Below, one piece after another: positions 27,588-41,743 of a stretch of 64,000 nt of DNA. This stretch comes from Eledone cirrhosa. Lineage: Eukaryota. The notes below the pieces were generated by a model, which was not told where the DNA came from, did no database searches, and worked only from the letters and a program-made list of their open reading frames with translations. The stretch is from NCBI GenBank assembly GCA_964016885.1, contig OZ024740.1, positions 226,300,001 to 226,364,000 on the forward strand, read 5' to 3'. The translations under genes and the position numbers were made by a program. The stretch's first letter is position 1. The number at the start of each line of letters is the position of its first letter.

Positions 27588-29091
27588 TCGGGATTCTTTT
27601 CTTTGTTTTTGTGCCTCTCCTTTGTTCTGTCCTACGCCATCTTGTTTTTGTGTGTGTTGTGTGCTTAGTTTGCACATGTCTTACACCTGGGTATCTGTGT
27701 GGGACAATAGACTTAAACTTAAACTTAAAGAACAATTAGAAGACAGCAACCTCTTAACCCTGATAATGTACTCCCGCTACGTTGATGATATAAACATCGT
27801 AGAAAAAACACCCCCACTAGATAACAGTCAGGAATTAGAGAAAAACACCATGGAAAGCATCCAGCAAATAGTTAACTCCATCCACCAGAGTATTAGAGTT
27901 ACTATAGACTACCCAAGCAAACAACCCAACCATCGATTACCTGTACTAGACACAGAGCTCCAGTTAGATACTATCAATAACAAAAAACAGATCCTCCATC
28001 TTCCACTCCCATTATGCCAAACCGATGACTTCCAAATATCTGATCCACCGAAACTCAGCTGTTTCGGACCACACGAAAATCAACATATTGATTGCGGATT
28101 TGGTACAGGTGATGAGAAACGTGTCCCGCATGTGCAACCCCAAAGAACTAGAGAGACACATACAACACTTCATCCACCGTATGCAGTTCTCTGGTTACAA
28201 TCAGAGAGATAAAATCAGAGTATATAGAGGAGCCAGAACCAAATGGGAAAAAATGGTAAATAATGATACAAATGGGACTTGCCCCTTGTATAGGAGCAAA
28301 TGTTGGAATAGAATAGAAAGAACTAGGAATAAGGTCAATAGAATAAACTCATGGTATGATAGCAATAAATACGAGAGTGTAATGTTCATCAATACAACCC
28401 CAAGAAGTGAATTAGCTTACAAATTCAGAAGGGCCCTAGATAAACATAAACTTAATATTAAGATAGTAGAAAGACCAGGTACCTCCATAAAAACACTTAT
28501 TAGCAATACATACCCTTTTCAAAGACCTCCCGGTATAGATAAGAAATGTATAATCTGTAAATTAAGCCCCATATTAACTGTAAAACTAGAAATGTAGTAT
28601 ATAGCATAAGATGTACTGAAGGACAATGTAGAGATAAGAATATAGTGTACATAGGTGAGACAGCTCATAGTATAGGAGAACGGTTAAATGAACACTAGCT
28701 AGAACTTCAAGATAAAAAAGAATCATCAATACTCCACCAACATGCTAAAATAGAACATGAGGGCAAATTAGAGAACATAGAAATAAAAATAGAATCTACA
28801 CACAGAAAAGACGCAATGTTTAGACAAATCACAGAGGCAATAAACATAAACAAACTCCAACCAAAATTAAATAGAAAAATGGAATAGCAACATCACAATT
28901 TACAATTACGGACAAAATGAAAACACACACACACATAGAACAAACAACCAACCAGTAACATGTAAACAAATATAAACACACACAGACACCCGGATGTAAC
29001 ACATGCGCAAACTAAGCACACAACACACACAAAAACAAGATGGCGTAGGACAGAACAAAGGAGAGGCACAAAACAAAGCAAAGAATCCCCA

Positions 29092-29134
29092 GTCACTGAA
29101 GAGGTCACAGAATGTGTGACGAAAGAACTTTGAC
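29092..29134 (+). ncRNA. Minimal type I hammerhead ribozyme fold in the 3' pLTR
   Basis: Same as 27545-27587: stem I GTCA/TGAC, stem II GTCAC/GTGAC. Confidence 0.6.
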
Positions 29135-29388
29135 AATATATGAACAATCGTCTGGTTGTGAAACCAAGCAACCAACCAACCGGAAATTTATAAATTCCTA
29201 AATTTATAAATTTAATTTATAATAAGTTGAAGTGAAAGCATGGTGCGTGTGTTTCTTATTGGCAACATGACCCTCCCAAAGTATAACAATATCGGCTTCA
29301 ACACACGTTTTCAGATAAAGAATCTTGCTAAACAAATTCAGAAACGAAATATATATATATATATATATATACATATACATATGTATAT

Positions 29389-29519
<131 letters not shown>

Positions 29520-29632
29520 GTATATATATATATATAATCAAGATTTACCAAATAAGAAAAAGTTTCAAAATAAATTATAAAAAATTAACTTTACTTACTA
29601 TGGTTACCTTGTGCGTGTAGGAACATATACTC

Positions 29633-29718
<86 letters not shown>

Positions 29719-29904
29719 GACGTAAAATAAGAACATTTTAAAAATTCAAAATTAACTTACTTCCTAAAATTTTCACTCCAACTAATTATATAACTGTTCT
29801 GCATCCCCCGGCATAGAACCGCAAAGGTACTAAGACATAACATATATATTTGCTAGCATGGGTATACATCTGTATACATATGTTGGTAGATATACTAATT
29901 CTCT

Positions 29905-32080
<2,176 letters not shown>

Positions 32081-33100
32081 CAAAGTGTTAATACGAACAA
32101 ATTTTAGTTTAGAACACTTATTTGCTGACAATTGTTTCTTCCAGAGGGAAGTCTGGATTCATAGGAGCATAAGGAATGTCGAAACATGTTACTAAAATCC
32201 TAGTCATTTAGAACATTTAGGGTACATAATTGTTATTAGTGTCAAAGGCATCATGTGGAGAGTCAGGAGTTAAAAAGATGTTCTGCTTGAAAGAACACAA
32301 TTACAGGCAGCACTAGTTGGAAGTGTAACAGGTATAAGTAAAAATCACAAGCAAAAATGTCATAAGCAAAAAAAACACAGGCAAAAAAGTTATAAGCAAG
32401 GAAAATTGATGTACAATGCAGGAGTCAATACAGTATGAGGAAAGAGTTATAATGCAGTTGAAATAAACATATTTTGTGTGGGGTGTTAGAGCATGTTATA
32501 ATTGCTATAAATGTTTAAGATTGTGTGCAATTTGTTAGAGAGGCATGTGGTGATAATGTAGGTATTTGTTATGTAAGGTGTAATGCAAAACACGTGATAG
32601 AGTTGGATATGTGATTTTAATTTAAGTGTTTTTGTGTTGCAGTTCGTATATATGTGTATGTGTTGTTTGTTACAGTTATTAACCATAGGATTATTTTGAG
32701 TCGTTTATAGGCAATAGGTATTTGTTTGTTAAATGTAAATTCCGCCGAATTACTGGCCATGTTGTTATTTTAGGTATATTATTTTATACATTTTTTATCT
32801 ACAAATTATCTTTTCTAGTGTATGTATTAACCGTTATTAAGCTGTTAGTAAACCGTTATGTTGCTTAATTTTATAAGTTTACACAGGAAGTTGTAAAGGG
32901 TGTTAATAACAAAGGGAAGTAATTAAGGTTGTTGATAAATTAAGGGTTGTTTTAATATTGTGGTAGTGTTATAAATTAATCTTTATACAGTATATAAAAT
33001 ATAAAATATTATTGGTTATATAATTGTTATCTTTTAAACTTGTGTGGAGGGGTTAAAAGCATTTTTTTATTTAGTTTATGATAACTAGATAGTTTTTACA
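32081..33100 (-). mobile_element. Degraded PLE-like 3' fragment with degenerate HHR at 32123-32169
   Basis: Minus strand reads WPVIRRNLHL and PIAYKRLK (resembles the PLE RT-EN linker); TGCT-CCTATGA-TCCAGA/TCTGGA-GAAA-CAATTG-TC-AGCA. Confidence 0.45.
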
Positions 33101-33209
33101 TAGTATATGTATATATAATATAAGGTATATATATATATGTGAGAATGCATATATATATATTTATATATATATACACACACACATATGTATATACATATAT
33201 ATATATATA

Positions 33210-33328
33210 TATTCTGATGAAATGGTAGTTGAAAATAACATTGAAATATTGAGTGTCTGCATAATGAATACTTTGTAGATAGCAGCTGTTTTCAGGTTAT
33301 ATAACTGTTATTGAAACACGTGTCAATA
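33210..33328 (+). ncRNA. Type I hammerhead ribozyme with ~92-nt extended stem II
   Basis: TATT-CTGATGA-[aatggtagtt...aactgttatt]-GAAA-CACGTG-TC-AATA; GUC triplet, palindromic loop III. Confidence 0.72.
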
Positions 33329-33574
33329 AATTCCTTTTACTGAACTGTATCCATTTAAATCTGTTATTACCAAGATTAACCTGCAGAGGAATTCCCGAGA
33401 ACTCGCAACCTAACTAAGAAAACCTCTTGTTGAGTCAAACAACGCCATATGTTAAAACTATCCACAATACAGAGTACTCACAACCTCTAACTGGATTACC
33501 TATAACGATAATTTGGTATCCCATATACTCAGCTCCCACTAGGTTGAGCAACAACCTTAACGCATGGCACTAAC

Positions 33575-35933
33575 ATGGAAAGACACCACATAGGTATGTC
33601 CTTAAAAAACATACCTATACCTACAAATAGGGAATATACACTCAGTATACAACGTACTAATGATTTCATCCGTCGAATCCAATGGAAGGCATATGATTAC
33701 GATAAATGACATACTAATAATAAAAGTGAGGAATTTACTAGTGAAAAATACGGGTTCAAATCCTGCAAAAATCCACCGAATAACCCCCAGCTTGATGCCT
33801 TCGAACTCGACCTCATGAACATGATAAACGGAACCAAATTCAAAAAACGGACACATTACAACAAACTGCAAAACGACGTCTAAAAAAACTACGTAACACC
33901 AACGGTATTATAGTAAAAGCGGACAAAACATCAAACGTATATATACAATAACTTTATACGCCGTGAATTACACAAAAAATACAAGAAAACTACGGAATCT
34001 ACACTCACTAGCATTAAAAAGGAAGGACTTAACATAGTAAAAAAACTGAAAATATCTGATAGAACCGAGCCTCTGACCCCTTGTAAACCCACATTTAATC
34101 TGAAAAATCATAAATATAACTTCGAATCTGATCCTACTATCAGATTAACATGCCCATCGAAATCGGATATAGGTAGAATTAGCAAGTATAAACTAGATAG
34201 AATAATAGCACAAATTAAAGACAAACTAATAATTAAGCTATGGGGTAACACTAACGAAGCAATAGATTGGTTTAGCAAAATAGACAATTAAGAAACATCC
34301 GACTTCATACAGTTTGACATCAATGACTACTACTCCTCCATTTCCCCAGTCACCCTAAATAAGACACTAACCTTTGCACAGAAAAACTCGGACCTATCCT
34401 CTGATGAAATTAGAATAATACTAACTGCTAGGAGAACTATCATTAGGTTCGATAATAGTTACTGGGAAAGAAAAAAACAGACAGAATAGCTTTGATATCA
34501 CTATGGAATCTGGCGACTCAGCTCAAGTAACAGACATAGTTGGAATATATATAGCGCATAACTTACATAAGGTATTTAATAACCTCCAAGGAGAAATTTA
34601 TAGAGACGATACACTCCTTTTAGCTAAAAACTTAAATAATCAAAACTTGGAAAGATCACGTAAAAACATTAGAATCTTCTTCAATAAACTAGGCCTAGGC
34701 ATCACTCGCGAACTTAATTCTAAAAAAGCTAACTTCTTAGATGTAACACTCAACCTAAACACAGGACTAATAGAGCCCTTCCATAAAAATAACGAAAATC
34801 TAGCATATATTAGTTATAACTCAAAGCACCCTCGCTCCATAATAAACTCCATAGCACATAGTGTATCCCTCAGAATTTCACTCTTATCTTCTAACCTAGA
34901 GATTTTTAATGAACACGCGAACTACTACAACATAGCTTTACTTAAGGCAGGCCTCAAGGAAAGGGTCAAATACATACCAGATACAGACAACAACAACAAC
35001 ACGACCCTCACCTATAGAAATAGCAAATATAGGACTAAACATAGAAATAGACAACGAGCACCAGAAATAACTGAACCAAATACTAATATAAGGACCCCTA
35101 GGAACTATAGAAAATCCAGAGATAGGAAATACTTATGGATCAATCCAATATTTAACTCCTCTATAAAAACCAAACTACCTTCTACATTCTTTAAACTATT
35201 GACAAGCACTTCCCTAAACTTCACAAATACCATAAAATCTTTAATAGAAAAAACTATCAAACTGTCTTACTCTACTGCAGCCAACATAGAATCACACATA
35301 CATAAAATCAACTACAAAAGAATCTCTAAAGAAAATAACCTACCAACATATACCATAGCACCAAATACAAAACGCAAACACATAACAACATCACAACCAC
35401 ACACACGTCAGAACGCATCACAACAAAACATCAACAAACCCAAATCTCAGCCCATACACAACATAGAAAACCGCATCGGAGAACCTGCACACAGGAAGGC
35501 CTCCAAATTTAACTGTCACTTACCGGATAAGTGCCCACTACAAAATAGATGCCTGGTGTCAAATATAGTGTACCTGTGTACTATAAATTCGGGCAACTTA
35601 GCATGGCACTACATATGTTCTATTGCTGGGGAGTTCAAAAAAAGATGGTACGTTTACAGATATTCTATAAATAACTGTAGACTAGTGAACACAACAACGC
35701 TGGCCAATAAAATCTGGCAGCTTAAGGATACAAACCAAGAATACAAGATTAACTGGTCGAAATTATCGCGAGCAAACGCCTACGATAATGGAATGTCCCA
35801 CTGCGGACTTTACAATATGGAGTTGTTCCATATTTCAAAGTATGACAAAATGCTGCTTCACAGCAAAATAGAACGGTCAATTTTCTGTAGGCATAAAGCA
35901 GCTACTAAATTCGCAAATTTCAAACCAACATGA
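33575..35933 (+). pseudogene. PLE reverse transcriptase and GIY-YIG endonuclease (5' part frameshifted; 34503-35933 open)
   Basis: N-terminus SLKNIPIP..FIRRIQWKA, VKADKT, FDINDYYSSI, FDITMESGDSAQV, YRDD, NFLDVTLNL, HP; C..CPL..C, NIVY..YIC, FKKRW, C-terminal CRH. Confidence 0.85.
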
Positions 35934-36492
35934 TTCGATCCAAGAATCATATAATTCAAGCTGAACCACTTAGAGTCTATTATAAGAACCCACTCGAATC
36001 ACTGAATCAACATCATAATCTCCTAACCTCTATTTCTTTCACTCTCTATCCCTAAAACTATTTCACCTCTTCCAATATATCCTATCATGTTCTCTTCACC
36101 TCTCACATAACTTCGAATTTATTAATTTATCATTATATTATTTCTTCCTAATATAACCCTCTGTAATTTAACCAATACATATGTATATATTTAATATTTT
36201 CATATTTATACCATCACATCTTTATACTTACACACCACTATAACTTTAACCACCACCACCACCACCACAACTATTTTCAACAATCATATTATGTTCATTT
36301 TTTCACATATATATATCTTTTTACTTATTTTTTACCATCTTCACTCTAACTTATTTATTATTATTTATTATTTATTATTTTTTATTTTTCTCTCTCTCTC
36401 TTTTTTCTTTTCTCTTTTTTCTTTTTCTTTCTTTATTACTGATATTGTTATTTGAATTCTAGTATATTACAAACGCCGTGTATAATCTTTAT

Positions 36493-36604
36493 CAGTTATT
36501 CCGATGATTTGATTAGGCATGCATATATTTAAAATTGAGTGATACGACTTCAAGAGATTAGCAATTTTTAGACACGCTAATCAATGAAACAATTGTTAAT
36601 ACTG
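36493..36604 (+). ncRNA. Hammerhead fold with ~78-nt extended stem II (core variant CCGATGA)
   Basis: CAG(T)TATT-CCGATGA-[ttgattag...ctaatcaa]-GAAA-CAATTG-TT-AATACTG. Confidence 0.6.
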
Positions 36605-38270
36605 TAAATAAAACCCTTTCTGAACTGTTGACCACGTTATTCTTCACTATTTCACTATTACTACTCCAAGATAATAGGAATTCCCGTTAAAACTATCCAC
36701 AATACAGTGTACTCACAACCTCTAACTGGATTACCTATAACGATAATTTTTTATCCCATATATATTTGTATGTATATATATATATATATATTTATTATGT
36801 ATGTATATACATATATGTACGCACATATATATTTGTATGTATATATATATACATACATAACATTTTAATAATCATGTGTCAATGTTATTTTTTATTCATC
36901 AGAAATTAATTTTATTCATATAAATTAAATAACATCACAAATTATTTCTAATTCTTACAGAATTAAAGTGTCAACACATAATAAATACGATTAATTATTG
37001 CTAGGAACCTCACAAATATAAAGCACTAAAATATATGATCAAAGTATAAGAAAAAGCAAAAAAACAAAAGCAACCATGAATTCACCACCAAATGTGACAA
37101 TTGGCCGCAGACCACAAAGGTCAACTGAAATTGTTGTATCACTGGCAAAATTATTTGGTTCTAAACCGTCCAAATCACTAATTTGGAAATAAAGTACTTT
37201 GGCAGGGAGTGCTTGATAATTTTCTAAAGTAGGGAGTAGTAATGCATTAAAATTTGTAAAGAACATGTTGACCATTAGTGCTGTGTTCCATTCTACTTGG
37301 CAAAACTAAATTATGTGTAATCTAATAGTGTTGCGTCAAGAGTAAAGATTATATCTCGTTTGGGAATTTACCATGGTAACATTGGTTTCTGTTCTTATAT
37401 GGAAATGTATTTCATCATCATCATCATCATCGCCATTTAACATCCATTTTCCATGCTAGCATATGTTAGACAACCTGTCCCATTGTGAGACAAGCCAGGT
37501 TGGATGACTGTGTCTTACTCACACAGAACTGATTTAGTCTTGATTTCATTAAATAATGTTATTAAGTTCTTTCCAAACCTATTAAACCTGCATCTGTTCA
37601 TATTTTCTGGTTGGAGCAATCTCTCATTTCTGTAAATTCCAGATCTTATTGCAAAGGGTCTTTTTGCAAATGTTGAGGATGTGGTATGAGATAACATGTT
37701 TGAGCACCATTATAGGCATCAATAGAGATATAAAATAATTTGTTCACATTCTTTTTAAGCCATGTGGCACCAAGAAAATAATAACATGAAGAATTTTCGA
37801 CAGTGTTTAATTAAATTACTGTTGAGTTCATTGATTAGTGAGGTGATGTTTCAAAATTCAGAGCTTTATTTTGGCGAGTGTTGCTGACTAAGGAAGGGGG
37901 ATGGGCTAGAAGTCAGTATTGTCAAACTGCATACATTTGCACTTCTGCTCATTTTGAAGACCGCTGAAGAATAAAGTGGAGTTTGCAGCCCTCCTTTTCA
38001 AATTTCATTTATTTTTGTTATGGAAAACACCTAGATAATATCTCCTGGGTTTCAATTGTAGTGTTTAGATGCCAAATTAATGTTAGCAGCAAATCATTCC
38101 ACCTTACCTTGATTCATTACGTCACCTTAAGCCATTTTAATTCATGTTATCTTCTGCCTTTTAACCCATTCCTTTCCCAATTCATTCGTTATCAATGTTT
38201 TTATTTTGTAAATTTCCAACGTCTATTATCTTAGATTTACAACTTTGACCATGTTTTTATCATACTTGCA

Positions 38271-38274
<4 letters not shown>

Positions 38275-38309
<35 letters not shown>

Positions 38310-38463
38310 GTGTGTGTGTGTGTATATATATATAAATATATATATATTATATATATATACATGTGTGTGTGTATGTGTGTGTATATATATTATATATATA
38401 TATATGTATATATTATATATGTATATATATAAATATATATATATGTATATATATATGTATATA

Positions 38464-38522
<59 letters not shown>

Positions 38523-38674
38523 GTGTGTGTGTGTATATATATATATAAATATATATATATTATATATATATATACATGTGTGTGTGTATGTGTGTGTATA
38601 TATATTATATATATATATATATGTATATATTATATATGTATATATATAAATATATATATATGTATATATATATG

Positions 38675-38751
<77 letters not shown>
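38275..38751. repeat. Compound (TA)/(TG) microsatellite with an internal ~210-bp higher-order duplication
   Basis: The block acgtgtgtgtgtgtatatatatataaatata...tatatataaatatatatatatgta occurs twice (38308 and 38521). Confidence 0.8.
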
Positions 38752-38757
<6 letters not shown>

Positions 38758-38920
38758 CAATATGTTGAAAAGGTAACACACTAGAGAGAGATAGTGCGCC
38801 ATCAATAAAACAGGGAAAAACCACCAGTGTATGGAATCTATAACCTATGAAAGGCAGAATAGACACACCGTAATTAAAAGTATAAACTAACGTGTAAATA
38901 CGCACCTCTAAAACTATATA

Positions 38921-39002
38921 ACACACGTACAAATCCAAAGAGATCTGTTTCGCTAATAATTTGTTGACAGAAATAAATAGCCCTTGGTTCATCAGCGTGT
39001 GT
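38921..39002 (-). ncRNA. Type I hammerhead ribozyme with a full stem III
   Basis: ACACACG-CTGATGA-accaagg-GCTA...TAGC-GAAA-CAGATC(tctttg)GATTTG-TA-CGTGTGT. Confidence 0.7.
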
Positions 39003-39204
39003 AAGGCCATACATTTCAGACAACTCTAAGAGAATCTAAAGCGACTGCCCAGCTACACGTGGGAGAGAGTTGTTACAGCGTGTTTAGGGCAGTGAACCAG
39101 TGGTGTATGAGGGACGAGCTGCTAGAAAGGGCAGCCCAAAACCACTCAGAAGAGAGTGCTCAACCAAACAGAGAGATAGAGGAAAGACTGTTATAAGGGG
39201 CGAA

Positions 39205-39281
39205 ATATCACGATAGATTAATGGAGCCATAGACTCTCGCTGTTAGCGAGACTCTATGGCTCGGTTACTCTATCGTGATAT
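39205..39281. other. ~35-bp imperfect terminal hairpin of the 38760-39281 module
   Basis: atatcacgataga..gagccataga.tctcgct / agcgaga.tctatggctc..tctatcgtgatat. Confidence 0.75.
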
Positions 39282-39284
39282 ATA

Positions 39285-39356
<72 letters not shown>

Positions 39357-39359
<3 letters not shown>

Positions 39360-40400
39360 GATAAATCTACCAAAAGTTTACGGTAGTGTCCAATCCATAT
39401 GAAGAACTCAATGTAATCCGGATATCATGAAAAGAGAAGATGTATTCAAAAACTACTTTCGGTGAAAAATAAACGGAAAACAGAGTATATAAATGTAAAG
39501 TTAACACTAAGGACTCAATTTATTCATATATAGGAGCTACCACTAACAAATTTAAGGTAAGATTTAATACCCACAAACATAGTTTTTAAAATTCCGCACT
39601 AGCTAATACAACATCTCTAGCAGAAATAATTAATAGTTATAGAAAGAGGAATATAGATTATGACCTGACCTGGAGTGTGCTCAAAAGGGCCACCCCTTAT
39701 CAAAATAGTAGATATGAATGTAGATTATGTTCCCAAGAATTTTTTGAAATAATTGTTTCTACTTTAGGCACAAGGCCAGCAATTACCCAGTGCATTACTG
39801 GTACTTTATTTTATCGACCCCGTAAGGATGAAAGGCAAAGTCAACCTCGGCGGGATTTGAACTCAGATCGTAAAGGGACGTAACTATGCTGGAAAGCATG
39901 GTGTCTGACCCTCTACCGATACTGCCAATCCACCGCCCTACCTAGAAGTTTTTGAAATAATGAAATCTAAGGATATCCTATTAAATAAGCGACAGGAATT
40001 AATAATATCGTGTAATCATAAACTGAGAAAAACCTTTAAATATTATAAACCTAATTAATATACACTTTAGAAATTAATATATAAACAATTTTTAATTTAG
40101 TTAACCTATAATTAATATTCTACTACTGATGAGCTACATAATTCTGCTTTAAATATTATAAACCTAATTAATATACACTTTAGAAATTAATATATAAACT
40201 ATTTTTAATTTAGTTAACCTATAATTAATATTCTACTACTGATGAACTACATAATTTTGCTTTCCTTCTTACAACTATCATTTCCTAAAACTGATACTAT
40301 TAAGTAAACATATATAATGCTTTAACTTCAGGTTATGACTCTATGTTCCTTGAAAACTATATATATTTATTATTTCTCACTAATAAATTTAATCCCCCCC
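39357..40400 (+). mobile_element. 3' fragment of a second Naiad-type PLE (GIY-YIG), interrupted by a SINE; 113-bp tandem duplication at 40034-40263
   Basis: RVYKCKV..YSYIGATTNKFKVRFNTHKHSF..TTSLA..WSVLKRATPY..CRLCSQE / LLNKRQELIISCNH. Confidence 0.8.
39754..39940 (-). mobile_element. Full-length Nin/Deu-like tRNA SINE with ~20-bp target-site duplication
   Basis: A box TGGCAGTATCGG, B box GAGTTCAAATCC; imperfect TSD agaa(t/g)tttttgaaataat. Confidence 0.88.
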
Positions 40401-40473
40401 CCCATAATTATATGTATATGTAAGTGTGTATGTGTGTGTGCATATATATATGTATGTATGTATATGTGCATGC

Positions 40474-40839
<366 letters not shown>

Positions 40840-41500
40840 GTATGTGTATATATATGTATATATATATATATATAGGTATATATATATATATTATTTTTAT
40901 ATTCTTTAATTTCCCCTCATCTTTAACAGCACTTTTCAACTGTATCCAACTCTTATTTATCATATCTATATGTATTAGTATAATTTTATCAATATAAATA
41001 TTCTTTTCATAGATGTATTTTTTTCACTAACATTCTTATCGTAAAACTTTAGTCACCTTAGATATTTGTATTGGCATTACTATTTTATAACAGCAACTGC
41101 TTGTATACCTTTTACTGACCACCTGACCTATTTTCACCCCTAAAATAAGCTTCAATTACTACTATTTTACCATTTGGCCAATTATTAACTTTCTATTGGT
41201 TAATTCTAAACTTCTTACCAAACAGACAGAATATATTAGATCTTTGTTGGTTTTATTCAATGAACAAATAAAATTATTTCTAAGGTCAGCATACGACCTA
41301 TTTCTCCCCTAAAATAACCCTTCATTCATAATATTCTTTTCCTTCAAAAACTGAAATCTACCTTCCTCTACCCATAATTTAAGGTTCTTCTACTACTATA
41401 TTACTATCTTGACCCTCACTATCTCTCTATTGGTCAATTCAAAACCTGTTCCCAAACAGACCTATTGTATTGAATCTTTGTTTTTTTCAATAAACAAATA

Positions 41501-41642
41501 TCATTATTTCTGAAGACAGCATATATATGTGTAGGTATGTATATTCCCTCTGATAGTTTGTATAAATACTGTACATAGATCTATAGAATATGCATACCAA
41601 CTCTATCACATATATATCCTAGAAACGATCGTAAAATGATGA
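41501..41642 (+). ncRNA. Type I hammerhead ribozyme with ~105-nt branched domain II
   Basis: TCATTATTT-CTGAAGA-[...tagg...ccta]-GAAA-CGATCG-TA-AAATGATGA; 9-bp stem I, palindromic loop III, GUA triplet. Confidence 0.68.
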
Positions 41643-41691
41643 ATTTTTTTAATATAAGGAACTGTTTCTTTGTTTATTCATTATTTTATTA

Positions 41692-41736
<45 letters not shown>

Positions 41737-41743
<7 letters not shown>

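Larger units (their letters stand above)
27388..29350 (+). mobile_element. Penelope-like element: inverted 5' pLTR, truncated RT/GIY-YIG ORF, 3' pLTR
   Basis: 27388-27700 is the reverse complement of ~28980-29291; RT motifs YSRYVDDI and LPVLD; GIY-YIG VVYS..C..C..VYIGETAHSIGERLNEH..EAI..LN; bounded by (TA)n. Confidence 0.9.
33210..36760 (+). mobile_element. Full-length Naiad-type Penelope-like element with direct pLTRs
   Basis: Direct repeat 33388-33527 / 36677-36760; an HHR near each end; RT plus C-terminal GIY-YIG ORF; bounded by (TA)n. Confidence 0.85.

Noticed and set aside
33575-36600. Selenocysteine recoding or SECIS, as reported for some Naiad PLEs
   Set aside because: No in-frame TGA in the open 34503-35933 segment and no convincing SECIS seen. 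SECISearch would be needed to exclude it fully.
40120-40360. CTGATGA in both units of the 113-bp duplication after the Naiad fragment
   Set aside because: No convincing stem II, GAAA and NUH partner could be assembled by eye.
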